Positions 20,031 to 31,125 of a DNA stretch of 64,000 nt are shown in pieces. Under the pieces are notes generated by a model that saw nothing but the letters and a program-made list of their open reading frames with translations, searched no databases and had not been told where the DNA came from. This DNA comes from an uncultured Nitrospinaceae bacterium (lineage in GTDB: Bacteria > UBA8248), in the NCBI GenBank assembly GCA_964005815.1, contig CAXFSR010000013.1, positions 23,722-87,721 of the forward strand, read 5' to 3'. A program made the translations under genes and the position numbers. Positions within the stretch are counted from its first letter, which is position 1. Each line of letters opens with the position of its first letter.

Positions 20031-22349
20031 TTAGAATCCAACACCTAATTGAACATGCGATTCTCTGCTTCGTTCTCCAGACTTTGCATCAAGCTTATAT
20101 CCCATATCAACTTTCATTGGTCCAAGCGGTGTAACAAAACTTAATCCAACTCCAGCTGAGTAACGAAGATCGCCTAAATCAAAAGCATTATGCCGTTCCC
20201 AAACATTACCAGCATCAGTAAACAAAGAAATACTAGTTGGACCAATAAAAGGATGTCTAATTTCAAGAGAAAGTACGGCAGCTGATAAACCACCAATAAC
20301 ATTTCCTTGTGAATCTTTAGGTCCTAAATCATCAGAACGAAACCCCCTTATACCCTTACCATAACCTTTAGAGTATAAACGACGATAACCTGGCACTTTT
20401 CCACTAAATGTATCCACATATCGTAAATTAACATGGGTCTTTAAAACTAATTTCTTTAAAGACCTAACGCGCAAATCTTGACCGATACTTTTAAAATATT
20501 GAAATTCATTTTCAAATGAAAACATGTCTATATCTGCACCGAGGAATCCTCCTGAAAGAGCAGGAACTAATTTAAAATAAATACCTTCTGTTGGCATGCC
20601 TTTTGAATCTCTACTGTCATATTGCATCCACGGAGTTAATCTACTCTCTAAACGAGTTTTATTTTCTATATCCAGTATATCTTGATGAGTATTCGCTTTT
20701 GCATTTGTAATTTTAGTTGCTGAAAACTCATAAGCTAAATATACATTCATGAATTCAAAGATTTCTTTACCTACTCCAATACGAGCACCTTCTCTACGAC
20801 TATCAAAAGAGTCAAATTCTTGATCTTCAAAAAACAAATCCCCACCAAGTGAAAATCCCTTGTCCATAAAATCAGGATCAGTTAATGTCCCTACGAAATC
20901 AGTATCTTGTTTTGTAATTGAACCTTTAAAACTAGTACTATATGCCCTACCAAACAAATTATTTTCTCTTACTTGACCCATAACACCAGCACCTGACTCA
21001 CTACTTAAAGTCATACCTCCAGTAATTGAACCAGTAGGTTGTTCTTTAACCTTAATATTTATATCCATTAAGTTTTCTTTACCTGGAACGTCTTCTTCCT
21101 TTACTGACATCTTACTAAAGAAACCAAGACGCCCAATTCTCTTTCTCGTGATAGCGAGAGCCTTAGAATTATACAAACCTCCTTCAACAACTCTTATATT
21201 TCTTCGAATAACATTATCGCGGGTCCTTGTATTTCCTTCTATTTTAATATTTCTAATATATACTCTATTTCTTGTATCGATTTTGATTGTCAAATCTACT
21301 TTTTGGCTATTTTCGTCTAAATCTATCATAGGTTTTACCGTTGCATATGCATATCCAAACTCACTATAGCGACTTCTAATATTTCGGATATCTGAACGAA
21401 GAATTGAACGATCAAAGATATCACCCTCAAACATCTTCAATTGCTTCACCAATTCAGTCTTCGGGATTATTTTTTCTCCTCCAACAATGTTAATTTTATT
21501 AATGGAGTAAATTTTTCCTTCTGTGATAGGAATTATTATCGATAATTTATTCCTATCGACATCTTTTTTAATTATAGGCTGACCAATCTGAACTTTAATA
21601 AAACCATTTTTTTGATAATGCGCATCTAATTTCATGAGATCTCTTTGAAGGATTTCTTTAGTATAAATTCCAGAATCAGTAAAAAACGAAAACAGTCCTT
21701 CTTCATTCAAATCAATCACACGTAATAATTTTCTTTTCGAAAATGCACTATTCCCCTGAAACCTTATAGATGAAACTCTTACACTATCTCCTTCATCTAT
21801 ATTCAAAGTTATCTGCACTTTATTTTTCTTCTGAGACTTTAAAATAGCTTCTACTTTAGCAAAAAAATAACCTTTTTCTTCATAAAGTTTTCTTACATTT
21901 TGCAAAGTATTATTGAGTGTAGATTTATTAACGATAGTCTGTGTCTTAATAGTAAGCAATTCCCTGATGTCATCATTAGAAACTTGAGAATTTCCTGAAA
22001 TAACTATAGAGGTGATTGTTGGTTTTTCGGTTATTCTATATATAACTCTTAAACCGCCTTCGAAAGATTTAACTTCTACTTTAACATCACGAAAAAATCC
22101 AAGAGAAAAGATTTTACGAACATCCGACCTTGTCTGCTTTACAAGCTCATCGTTTTTGTAACTTTTTCCAACCTTTAAACCTAAATGGAAAAAAATTGTT
22201 GACCTGTCTACTCTATTATTTCCCTCTATCTCTATAGCTTTAATGGTAATAGCAGGTGAATTTGTTTTGGCGTGAACAAAAAAAGACGTAAGAGCAATGA
22301 AAAATAGAAGTGTAAAAATATTAACTAAAGCTCTCACGGAAAAAAACAT
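20031..22349 (-). CDS. bamA: Outer membrane protein assembly factor BamA
   Basis: POTRA repeats (IEGNNRV, GNTRTRDNVIRR), ENNLFG, IRGF, C-terminal Phe. Confidence 0.95.
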   Translation of the reverse strand: MFFSVRALVNIFTLLFFIALTSFFVHAKTNSPAITIKAIEIEGNNRVDRSTIFFHLGLKVGKSYKNDELVKQTRSDVRKIFSLGFFRDVKVEVKSFEGGLRVIYRITEKPTITSIVISGNSQVSNDDIRELLTIKTQTIVNKSTLNNTLQNVRKLYEEKGYFFAKVEAILKSQKKNKVQITLNIDEGDSVRVSSIRFQGNSAFSKRKLLRVIDLNEEGLFSFFTDSGIYTKEILQRDLMKLDAHYQKNGFIKVQIGQPIIKKDVDRNKLSIIIPITEGKIYSINKINIVGGEKIIPKTELVKQLKMFEGDIFDRSILRSDIRNIRSRYSEFGYAYATVKPMIDLDENSQKVDLTIKIDTRNRVYIRNIKIEGNTRTRDNVIRRNIRVVEGGLYNSKALAITRKRIGRLGFFSKMSVKEEDVPGKENLMDINIKVKEQPTGSITGGMTLSSESGAGVMGQVRENNLFGRAYSTSFKGSITKQDTDFVGTLTDPDFMDKGFSLGGDLFFEDQEFDSFDSRREGARIGVGKEIFEFMNVYLAYEFSATKITNAKANTHQDILDIENKTRLESRLTPWMQYDSRDSKGMPTEGIYFKLVPALSGGFLGADIDMFSFENEFQYFKSIGQDLRVRSLKKLVLKTHVNLRYVDTFSGKVPGYRRLYSKGYGKGIRGFRSDDLGPKDSQGNVIGGLSAAVLSLEIRHPFIGPTSISLFTDAGNVWERHNAFDLGDLRYSAGVGLSFVTPLGPMKVDMGYKLDAKSGERSRESHVQLGVGF

Positions 22350-22393
22350 GACCCCCTCCTGAGGGCTTTAATAAAAAAAGTAAAAACTCTTAA

Positions 22394-24838
22394 TTAAGCA
22401 TCCTGCGCACTAAATACTTCTGAAGTCTCTTTAGCCTCAAAAATCAATTCATCTCCTGCCAATTTGACTAAAACAGTTCCTCCATCAGTGAATTTTCCAC
22501 GCAAGAACTCTTCACTCAAAGTATCTTCTATATGTTTCTGAATGACTCTCCTGAGTGGTCTTGCTCCGTAAGAAGGATCAAAACCTTCTTTCGCTACCCA
22601 CGAACGTGCTTCATCTGACAACTCTATACATAAATTCTTATCTTGTAAGGTCTTATTTATTTTTGCAATTTCAATATCAACAATTTTTGTTATATCCTCA
22701 TGTGACAGAGTTCTAAATGTTGCAATTTCGTCTATACGATTCAAGAATTCTGGGTTAAATGTTCTCTTTAACTCGTCCCTGATTCTATCTTTCATTTTAT
22801 CAAAATTATTCGCTAAATCATTTTTCTGAAATCCTACTGCAGAACCCTTTTCAATAGTTCTTGCAGCAATATTTGATGTCATAATTATTATCGTATTTTT
22901 AAAATCTACTTGGCGTCCGTAACTATCTGTCAAAGTACCATCTTCCATGACTTGAAGTAAAATATTGTAAATGTCAGGATGTGCCTTTTCTATTTCATCT
23001 AAAAGAACTACAGAATAAGGTTTCCTTCTAACTTGTTCTGTAAAATGCCCACCCTCTTCATAACCAACATACCCAGGAGGTGCCCCAGTTAAACGGGAAA
23101 CATTAAAACGTTCCATGTATTCACTCATATCAATTCGAATCAGAGCATTCCTATCTCCAAACATAAAATCTGCTAAAACTCTTGCCATTTCAGTCTTTCC
23201 AACTCCAGTAGGGCCTAAAAAGAGAAAACTACCAATTGGTCTTGTAGGACTTTTAAGACCAGAACGGGCACGACGTACAGCTTTCGTAAGTAAACGAGTA
23301 GCTTCTTCTTGACCTATAATTTTTTCGTTTAATTCCTCTTCCATTCTCAGAAGACGCTTGTTCTCAACCTCTTCAATTCTTTGCAAAGGAATTCCAGTCA
23401 TACGACTAACCACATAGGCAACATCCTCTTCTGTTACCAAAGGTTCATCATCGGTCTTTTCTTTTTCCCAATCAGACTTCATCTGATCTAAAAGATTTCT
23501 ATCTCTTTCTTCCTGATCTCTGAGTTCAACTGCCTTCTCAAAATCTTGATTTTCTATCATATTCTTCTTGATGCGAACTGTCTCTTCTATACTTTTTTGC
23601 ATCTCTTTAATATCATTAGGGAAAGTTTCTCTTTCAATCCTTACTTTACTGCAGGCTTCATCTATCAAGTCAATTGCTTTATCAGGAAGAAATCTATCAG
23701 AAACATATTGAGATGAAAGCTTCACAGCTGCTTCTATAGCATCACTTTGCAAACGAGTTTTATGATGATCTTCATACCTTTCTTTTAAACCATTCAGAAT
23801 ACTTATTGTATCCTCAATTGAAGGTGGATCAACCATAATGCTTTGGAAACGTCTCTCCAAAGCTCCATTTTTTTCTATATATTTCCTATATTCATCTATC
23901 GTTGTTGCACCAATACATTGCACTTCACCACGACTCAGAGCTGGTTTCAACATATTGGAAGCATCAATAGACCCCTCTGCAGCTCCGGCACCAACTAATG
24001 TATGTAATTCATCAATAAAGATAATAATTTGCGGACTTTGCTTAATTTCTTTCATAATAGCTTTTAGTCTTGCTTCAAATTGCCCACGATACTTAGTACC
24101 TGCAACTAAAGCACCCAAATCTAATTGTATAACTCTTTTATCGAATAAAATTTGAGGTACATCGCGAGAGAAAATTAATTGAGCAAGTCCTTCGACAATA
24201 GCTGTTTTACCAACTCCTGGTTCACCTATTAAAACTGGATTGTTCTTCGTTCTTCTCGCTAGAATCTGAACTAACCTTTCAGTTTCAGTTTCTCTTCCAA
24301 CAACTGGATCTAACTTTCCTTCCTGTGCAAGTACAGTAAGGTCCCTTCCAAATTCATCTAAAGACGGAGTCTTACTTTTCTCTCTGGTTCTACCGCTAAC
24401 TGGCTCTTTAAGTAAATTAATTGTCTGTTCTCTCGTCTCCTGTAAGTTTATTCCCAAACTAGAAAGAACTTTTGCAGCTAATCCATCCTTTTCTCTAACA
24501 ATTCCAAGTAAAAGATGCTCAGTGCCTATATAATTATGACCCATTAAACGAGCCTCTTCTACTGCATATTCAAGTACTTTTTTTGCTTTGGGAGTAAATG
24601 GGATATCGCCTTCAACAGGTGTATCTACACTTTTTGGAAGATTTCTCTCAAGTTCAACACGTAATTGTTTAGGATCAATCCCTAATTTTTGAAGTACAGC
24701 AATAGCGATACCTCCTCCATCTTTCAATAAACCAAGCAAAATATGCTCAGTACCAAGATATTCATGTCTATATCTTTCGGCCTCTTCTCTAGCTAGAATT
24801 ACTACCTTGCGGGCACGCTCTGTAAATCTCTTAAACAT
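22394..24838 (-). CDS. clpC: ATP-dependent Clp protease ATPase subunit ClpC
   Basis: Clp-N repeats (FTERAR, GTEHILLGL), two AAA modules (GEPGVGKT, GPTGVGKT), UVR-like middle domain (QDFEKAVELRD), VGF ClpP-docking loop. Confidence 0.93.
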   Translation of the reverse strand: MFKRFTERARKVVILAREEAERYRHEYLGTEHILLGLLKDGGGIAIAVLQKLGIDPKQLRVELERNLPKSVDTPVEGDIPFTPKAKKVLEYAVEEARLMGHNYIGTEHLLLGIVREKDGLAAKVLSSLGINLQETREQTINLLKEPVSGRTREKSKTPSLDEFGRDLTVLAQEGKLDPVVGRETETERLVQILARRTKNNPVLIGEPGVGKTAIVEGLAQLIFSRDVPQILFDKRVIQLDLGALVAGTKYRGQFEARLKAIMKEIKQSPQIIIFIDELHTLVGAGAAEGSIDASNMLKPALSRGEVQCIGATTIDEYRKYIEKNGALERRFQSIMVDPPSIEDTISILNGLKERYEDHHKTRLQSDAIEAAVKLSSQYVSDRFLPDKAIDLIDEACSKVRIERETFPNDIKEMQKSIEETVRIKKNMIENQDFEKAVELRDQEERDRNLLDQMKSDWEKEKTDDEPLVTEEDVAYVVSRMTGIPLQRIEEVENKRLLRMEEELNEKIIGQEEATRLLTKAVRRARSGLKSPTRPIGSFLFLGPTGVGKTEMARVLADFMFGDRNALIRIDMSEYMERFNVSRLTGAPPGYVGYEEGGHFTEQVRRKPYSVVLLDEIEKAHPDIYNILLQVMEDGTLTDSYGRQVDFKNTIIIMTSNIAARTIEKGSAVGFQKNDLANNFDKMKDRIRDELKRTFNPEFLNRIDEIATFRTLSHEDITKIVDIEIAKINKTLQDKNLCIELSDEARSWVAKEGFDPSYGARPLRRVIQKHIEDTLSEEFLRGKFTDGGTVLVKLAGDELIFEAKETSEVFSAQDA

Positions 24839-25523
24839 TTGGCCCTCCTAAACATTGATCATTAATCAAACCATCTACTATATGCATTTTTTTATCCATG
24901 CTCTCTGATAATACACTATTATGCGTCACGATCAAAAACGTTTGGCGTGTTTTAGAATTTATTTCTTTTAGCAATTCATAAATCCTATTTGTATTTGAAG
25001 AGTCTAAATTACCCGTTGGTTCATCCGCAAGAACAATCTGAGGTTCATTTGCTAGAGCCCTTGCAATTGCAACTCTTTGTTGCTCTCCACCAGATAATTC
25101 GGAAGGTCTATGATACATTCTCTCTTTCAAATCTAAATCTAATAATAGTTTTTCAGCTTTTTCTCTAGCAGAGGAACGAGATTTTCCTCCAATTAAAATT
25201 GGAATCATTACATTCTCAACCGCTGTAAATTCTGGGAGTAAAAAATGAAATTGAAAAACAAAACCGATCATTTCATTACGAATTTTTGACAAATGAGAAT
25301 CTTTTTCATTTTCAATAGACCTACCATTCAAAATTATTTCTCCAGAAGAAGGTTTATCTAAAGTACCTAAAAGATGAAGCAGAGTAGATTTGCCAGCACC
25401 TGAAGGTCCAGTAATAGCAACCATCTCTCCCTCAATTATTTCAAAACTAATGCCTTTTAGGATATCAACTTGATTTTTGCCAATTTTAAAACTTTTCTTT
25501 AAATCTTTAACTTTTAAAATCAT
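24831..25523 (-). CDS. lolD: Lipoprotein-releasing ABC ATPase LolD
   Basis: GPSGAGKST, GFVFQFHFLLPEF, LSGGEQQR and ADEPTGNLD motifs. Confidence 0.92.
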   Translation of the reverse strand: MILKVKDLKKSFKIGKNQVDILKGISFEIIEGEMVAITGPSGAGKSTLLHLLGTLDKPSSGEIILNGRSIENEKDSHLSKIRNEMIGFVFQFHFLLPEFTAVENVMIPILIGGKSRSSAREKAEKLLLDLDLKERMYHRPSELSGGEQQRVAIARALANEPQIVLADEPTGNLDSSNTNRIYELLKEINSKTRQTFLIVTHNSVLSESMDKKMHIVDGLINDQCLGGPNV

Positions 25524-25577
25524 TTCACTATTCCAAATTTAAGGTTTTAAAATTGCAAGAGAATTTATTGCAAAAAA

Positions 25578-26837
25578 TCAACCAAATCTTAACTCATCAA
25601 TCGGATCTATTGAAGAAGCGCGCCATGCCGGATAAACAGTCGCAACTAGACTTACTAAAATAGACAAAAGAGAAATTGTTATTACTTCAAAAAACTGCAT
25701 TTCTATAGGGAGTCTATCTATATGATAAATACTTGCTGGCAAGATTTCGAACCCAAAAAAATTTTCAAGAAAAGATTCTACCAAATGTAGATTCCATCCT
25801 AACAACAAACCCAAAAAAATTCCCAGCATAGTCCCAATAAAACCGATAAATGCTCCTTGGAAAAAAAACAACCGGAGAATAAAACTCTTGGTAGCTCCCA
25901 TTGATTTTAAAATAGCAATATCTTTTCCTTTCTCCATAACCACCATTACAAGGGAACCTGCTATATTAAAAGCAGCAACGATAACAACTAACATAAGAAG
26001 AATAGTCATTGTTGTTTTTTCAGTTTTAAGGGCCGAAAACAGGTTTTGATTCATCGTCTGCCAAGAACGAACCTCATATTTGGCACCTATCCTATTTTTT
26101 ATTCTTTTTGAAATTTTCTCAGAAAGAAAAATATCACTCACTCGAACATGTAAACCCGAAACGTAATTTCCTAATCCAAAAAAATCTTGAGCACCCTGAA
26201 GTGAAATAAAAGAAAGACCTGCATCATATTGATAAAATCCACTCTTAAAGATACCAGCAACAACAAAATCGTTAGCTCTAGGAATTAGTCCCATAGGGGT
26301 AACTTTTCCTATAGGGCTAATCATCTTAACGGTATCTCCTGGCTCTACTACCAATTTAGATGCTAATTCACTTCCTAGAATTATTCCTCGTTTATTCTGT
26401 TTTTTTAGATCTCTAATTTTATTCAATGTACTTAAAGACATAAATTCAGCAAAATCTTTTTTACTAGATTTGTTTATACTTATTCCCTTCACAACTGCAC
26501 CCATAACCCTACCTCTAGATGAAAACATTACTTGTCCATAGATGAAGGGAGAGGAAGATCTTACTTTCTCTTCATCATTGATTTTTTTTGAAAGTTCTCT
26601 CCATTTTAAAATTCCTTCATTCCCGTGACTAGAAACTACTACATGACTCTGCATCCCTAAAATTTTTCTTCTAAGTTCTTTTTCAAATCCTGTCATAACT
26701 CCAACAACAACTATAAGAGCCATAACACCAAGACCTATCCCAAGAATAGAAATTAACGTTGTCACTGAAACAAAAGAAGAATTACGTTTTGATAGCAAAT
26801 GACGTATCCCTATAAATATCTCTGAAAAGAACATCAT
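25578..26837 (-). CDS. lolE: Lipoprotein-releasing ABC permease LolC/E (single, LolF-type)
   Basis: GLGVMALIVVVGVMTGFE, DIAILKSMGA and ATVYPAWRAS motifs. Confidence 0.9.
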   Translation of the reverse strand: MMFFSEIFIGIRHLLSKRNSSFVSVTTLISILGIGLGVMALIVVVGVMTGFEKELRRKILGMQSHVVVSSHGNEGILKWRELSKKINDEEKVRSSSPFIYGQVMFSSRGRVMGAVVKGISINKSSKKDFAEFMSLSTLNKIRDLKKQNKRGIILGSELASKLVVEPGDTVKMISPIGKVTPMGLIPRANDFVVAGIFKSGFYQYDAGLSFISLQGAQDFFGLGNYVSGLHVRVSDIFLSEKISKRIKNRIGAKYEVRSWQTMNQNLFSALKTEKTTMTILLMLVVIVAAFNIAGSLVMVVMEKGKDIAILKSMGATKSFILRLFFFQGAFIGFIGTMLGIFLGLLLGWNLHLVESFLENFFGFEILPASIYHIDRLPIEMQFFEVITISLLSILVSLVATVYPAWRASSIDPIDELRFG

Positions 26838-28394
26838 TTATCCTCTGTTCTTTCTTAATAATGGAAAAAAAATCACATCACGTATAGATGGGGAATCTGT
26901 AAGAAGCATCACGAGTCGATCTATTCCAATTCCCTCGCCTGCAGTAGGTGGCAATCCATATTCTAAAGCTATAAGATAATCTAAATCTATTTCATGGTTT
27001 ATTGCCTCTTCAGTATCATCAGACTTGAGTTGTTCCTCAAATCTAACTCTTTGTTCATCTGGATCATTTAACTCAGTATATGCATTCGCAATCTCTCTTC
27101 CTGATACAAATAGTTCAAAACGCTCTACGATATCAGGATCACTTTCGAGAGATTTTGACAAAGGAGAAAGTTCCTTTGGAAAATCATAAATAAAGGTAGG
27201 TTGTATAAGTTTAGGTACAACTGTCTCATCAAAAATAAGTTCTAGAATCTCTACGTGACTTGCCGTATCCAACTGTGAAGAAGAACTTCCATGAGAAAGA
27301 CCAGATGCAAACTTTTTAGCAACCTCTAAATCAGAAAGAACTTCTGTAGGGGCAGAACCTATTTCGACTATAGATTCGTGCCATTTATGTCTTTCCCATC
27401 CTTTTTCGAAAGACAATTCTATATCTCCGAATTTAACTTTTGTTTCTCCCTTTAATTTCTTGCAGATTTCAGAAATCATAATTTCTGTCATTTCCATTAG
27501 ATCATTATAGTCAGCATAAGCCTTATAAAATTCTATCATGGTAAATTCAGGATTATGTTGAGTAGAAATACCTTCGTTTCGGAAATTTCTATTTATTTCG
27601 TATACGCGGTCCATACCTCCAACAACCAAACGTTTCAAATAAAGTTCAGGAGCAACTCGAAGATAGAGCGGCATCTCAAGAGTGTTATGGTAGGTTTTAA
27701 AAGGTCTTGCAGTAGCTCCTCCAGCAATTGCATGCATCATTGGTGTTTCTACTTCTATAAATCCTCGGCTGTCAAGAAAATCTCTCATTAACTTAATCAA
27801 CTCAGTTCTTGTTTCAAAGACTTTCATAGAATCAGGATTTGCAATCAAATCTAAATATCTTTGTCTATACCTCGATTCAACATTTTGTAGACCATGCCAT
27901 TTTTCGGGAAGTGGCCGTAAATTTTTAGTCAGCAACTTAACCGTTCTAACCCAAACAGAAAGTTCTCCAGTTTTGGTTTTAAAAATCCCACCTTCAAAAC
28001 CTGCAATATCTCCAATGTCTAATCCTTTTGCTTTTTCAAAACCTTCTTCTCCCAAATCTTTTTGCCTTACAAAGAGTTGAATCTGACCTGTACCATCTCT
28101 TAAATCCATGAAAATAACTTTCCCCTGCAATCTTTTCGCCATAATGCGTCCAGCAAGGGTGTAACTATTTTCTTTCTCTTCCTCTAATTCTTCCTTTGAC
28201 AAGGAAGAAAACTTTTCCAAAATCTTTCTTATCTGATGTGAAACGGCAAATCTATTTGCGTATGGATTTACACCCTCTGAGCGAATTTCTTGAAGTTTAT
28301 TTCTTCTTTGAGAAATTAAAAGGTTCTCTTCCTTTAATTCATCAGAAACTTCTTTATTATTTTCAGTATTAGATTCTTCAAGATCATCTTTCAT
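26838..28394 (-). CDS. lysS: Lysine--tRNA ligase (class II)
   Basis: [33 protein letters not shown] and GIGIDRL motifs. Confidence 0.98.
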   Translation of the reverse strand: MKDDLEESNTENNKEVSDELKEENLLISQRRNKLQEIRSEGVNPYANRFAVSHQIRKILEKFSSLSKEELEEEKENSYTLAGRIMAKRLQGKVIFMDLRDGTGQIQLFVRQKDLGEEGFEKAKGLDIGDIAGFEGGIFKTKTGELSVWVRTVKLLTKNLRPLPEKWHGLQNVESRYRQRYLDLIANPDSMKVFETRTELIKLMRDFLDSRGFIEVETPMMHAIAGGATARPFKTYHNTLEMPLYLRVAPELYLKRLVVGGMDRVYEINRNFRNEGISTQHNPEFTMIEFYKAYADYNDLMEMTEIMISEICKKLKGETKVKFGDIELSFEKGWERHKWHESIVEIGSAPTEVLSDLEVAKKFASGLSHGSSSSQLDTASHVEILELIFDETVVPKLIQPTFIYDFPKELSPLSKSLESDPDIVERFELFVSGREIANAYTELNDPDEQRVRFEEQLKSDDTEEAINHEIDLDYLIALEYGLPPTAGEGIGIDRLVMLLTDSPSIRDVIFFPLLRKNRG

Positions 28395-28423
28395 AAATGC
28401 ATCGCCTTTTATAAAATTAAGTA

Positions 28424-29528
28424 TTAAGTATCAATAAGAGTTCTCAAATAAGCATCTAAGAAAATATCTATTTTACCGTCTAAAACGGCATCTACATTTG
28501 AAAACTCGGTATTTGTTCTATGATCTTTTACCATACGATATGGATGTAAAATATACGAGCGTATCTGACTTCCAAAAGCTATTGTTTTTTTAGAGGCATG
28601 AATAACATCTTTTTTTTCTTGTTGTTTTTGTTTTTCGATTTCATACAATTGAGCTCTTAGGAGTTTTATTGCGGTTGCACGATTCTTGTGTTGACTTCTT
28701 TCGTTTTGACATGAGACGACAATACCTGAAGGCAAATGTGTAATCCTGACAGCAGAATCAGTCGTATTCACGTGCTGACCACCTGCACCAGAACTCCGAA
28801 AAACATCAACTCTCAAATCATTTTCAGACACATCTATAACAACATCATCATTTACTTCCGGGCTCACGTCTACAGACGCAAAAGACGTGTGTCTCCTTGA
28901 GTTCGAATCAAAAGGAGAAATTCTAATCAAACGATGCACACCAACTTCTGCTCGCAAATAACCGTATGCATATTCGCCTTCGACAATTAAAGTAACACTT
29001 TTAAACCCAGATTCATCGCCAGGAAAAACAGATACTACAGATACGGAAAAATTATTCTCTTCAGACCACCGCGTATACATTCGGGTTAACATACCCGCCC
29101 AATCCTGACTTTCAACACCACCGGCTCCCGCATTAACCGATATTATTGCATTTGAATAATTATCAGGCGAATTCATTATAGAACGAAACTCTTGTCGCTC
29201 AACTTCATTTTCGATAGAGAGAAGATTTTGGGAAATTTCTAATAGAATTTTTTCATCCTTACTGTGTTCTAGTTCCATAATTTCTATAAGTTCTTTTTGG
29301 TCGGAAAGACTTGTTCCGATATTTTTCCATGAATCTAGGACTCTTTGATAAGATGCACGTTTTTTTAAAATATTCTGTGCTTTTTCAGAATCATTCCAAA
29401 AATCTGATTGTCCAGATATTTTATCTAACTTCTGACACTCAGATTCAACTTTCTCAAGGTCAAAGACGACCCCATAGATCTTGAAGTTTGGATTCTAATA
29501 AATTTATTTTTTTTAACTGTTCTTCCAT
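28424..29528 (-). CDS. prfB: Peptide chain release factor 2, with +1 programmed frameshift (join 29528..29463, 29461..28424; about 367 aa)
   Basis: GGAGG-ATG at 29528, 22 codons ending TGG GGT CGT CTT TGA C; the +1 frame is continuous with the track ORF containing the SPF and GGQ motifs. Confidence 0.95.
29459..29474 (-). promoter_or_regulatory. prfB frameshift cassette (internal SD-like TGGGGT plus CTT-TGA-C)
   Basis: Minus strand reads TGGGGTCGTCTTTGAC, matching the canonical RF2 autoregulatory slip site. Confidence 0.92.
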
Positions 29529-29576
29529 TTCTCCTCCAATAACAGACGAAAAAAGAAAATAACTAAAGTAGTAGTA

Positions 29577-31124
29577 TTATACCTCAGAAAATCTAGACCC
29601 TATCAAGTTCAAAACGAAGAAGAAACAAACACAGAGAACAAAAATATCACCGTATTTTGAATAAAACGTTTGAGAATTCTTATTTAATTTTATACGACCA
29701 TTCCAAATCCATCTCTTAAAAAGTTCACTTTCAACCAATATCTTACCCTTTTCATCAATTACAGCGCTTATCCCAGTATTTGCTACTCGTACTAATGGGG
29801 TACGCATTTCTATTGCTCTAAAAATTGCCATAGACAAATGTTGTTCTGAAGCCGCAGTTCTTCCAAACCAAGCGTCATTTGTCACATTCACTATAAAATC
29901 CACTTCTTTGAATTTTCTAACAACTCTGGGGAAAATAATCTCATAGCAAATCAAAGTTGAAAACTTATTTTCTCCTATTTCAAAAATAGTCTTTTTATTG
30001 CCTGTTTTAAATTGTCCAACAACAGGCACAAGCTTATTAACAAAAAACAAATAGTCTTTGAACGGCACATACTCGCCAAAAGGCACTAAATGTTTTTTGT
30101 CATACCTTGCAATTTTGGATCCCGAGGAATCAAATAAGAAAACTGAATTATATAACTCTTTCTTACCATCATTAGGAGAATGTCCTAAAGCTCCAAGTAA
30201 TAAATTAGTTTTCTTTAAAAAAACAAGTTTCTTAATCCATTCTGCCCAAAGAGATTTGTCTCTTAAGACTAAAGGCAGTGAAGCCTCTGGCCAAATAATT
30301 AGCTTTCTTTTCTTCTCTGAGACATTCATCTTTTTACTAACAGATTTTGTTTGAATTTCTAGAACATTTTTGATGTATCCAATGTACTCTTTAGACCATT
30401 TCATTTCGGGTGAAATATTAGGTTGAACTATCCCGATTTCTTGAATTTTTGTCTTTCCTGAGAAAAACCTAGGACTAATTTTGAAATATCCATAACTGAA
30501 AATAAGAGCAGTAATTAATACTAAGAAAAGCCCTTCCCAGCGAATTAAACTCTTTGGACTAACAAAAGAATTAAACAAAATATAATTAATTAAAATTATA
30601 AAAAACGATATGCCATAAATACCAGTCAAGTCAGCTATTTGTATTATATAATGCATCTCAAACTGACTGTATCCCACTAAAATCCAAGGGAAACCAGTAA
30701 ATAAATGAGCACGGATAAATTCTAAAGATACCCATATAGATGGAACACTAAGAAAAAATAATGATTTAAACTTATAAGAAAAACGAACAAAAAAGAATGA
30801 AAAAAAAGCAAAATAAAGTGCCATATACAGTACAAGCAGAAAAGTCAAAAAATACGATAGAAAAGGATGCAAACCACCATACGAAATCATCGTATTTTTC
30901 ACCCAATGCACACTAAGACTATAAGCAACTACACCAGATAAGAGACCTAAACGGAAGGCTTGATGTGGACTTTTCCTGTATATAGAAAAAAACAAAGGAA
31001 CTAAAAAACAAAATGACAACTGACTGAATTTAAAAGGTGGAAAAGACAAAGAAAATAAAATACCAGAAAAAATTGAAAAAACTATACTTCTTGAACCAGA
31101 AATAATCTCTATAAATTTATACAT
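29577..31124 (-). CDS. lnt: Apolipoprotein N-acyltransferase
   Basis: FTGFPW, WPEAS, KKHLVPFGEYVP, LICYEIIF, TNDAWFG and ANTGIS motifs. Confidence 0.95.
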   Translation of the reverse strand: MYKFIEIISGSRSIVFSIFSGILFSLSFPPFKFSQLSFCFLVPLFFSIYRKSPHQAFRLGLLSGVVAYSLSVHWVKNTMISYGGLHPFLSYFLTFLLVLYMALYFAFFSFFFVRFSYKFKSLFFLSVPSIWVSLEFIRAHLFTGFPWILVGYSQFEMHYIIQIADLTGIYGISFFIILINYILFNSFVSPKSLIRWEGLFLVLITALIFSYGYFKISPRFFSGKTKIQEIGIVQPNISPEMKWSKEYIGYIKNVLEIQTKSVSKKMNVSEKKRKLIIWPEASLPLVLRDKSLWAEWIKKLVFLKKTNLLLGALGHSPNDGKKELYNSVFLFDSSGSKIARYDKKHLVPFGEYVPFKDYLFFVNKLVPVVGQFKTGNKKTIFEIGENKFSTLICYEIIFPRVVRKFKEVDFIVNVTNDAWFGRTAASEQHLSMAIFRAIEMRTPLVRVANTGISAVIDEKGKILVESELFKRWIWNGRIKLNKNSQTFYSKYGDIFVLCVCFFFVLNLIGSRFSEV

Positions 31125-31125
31125 A

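Noticed and set aside
28424..29528. prfB as a truncated gene or pseudogene
   Set aside because: The in-frame TGA is the canonical programmed frameshift site.
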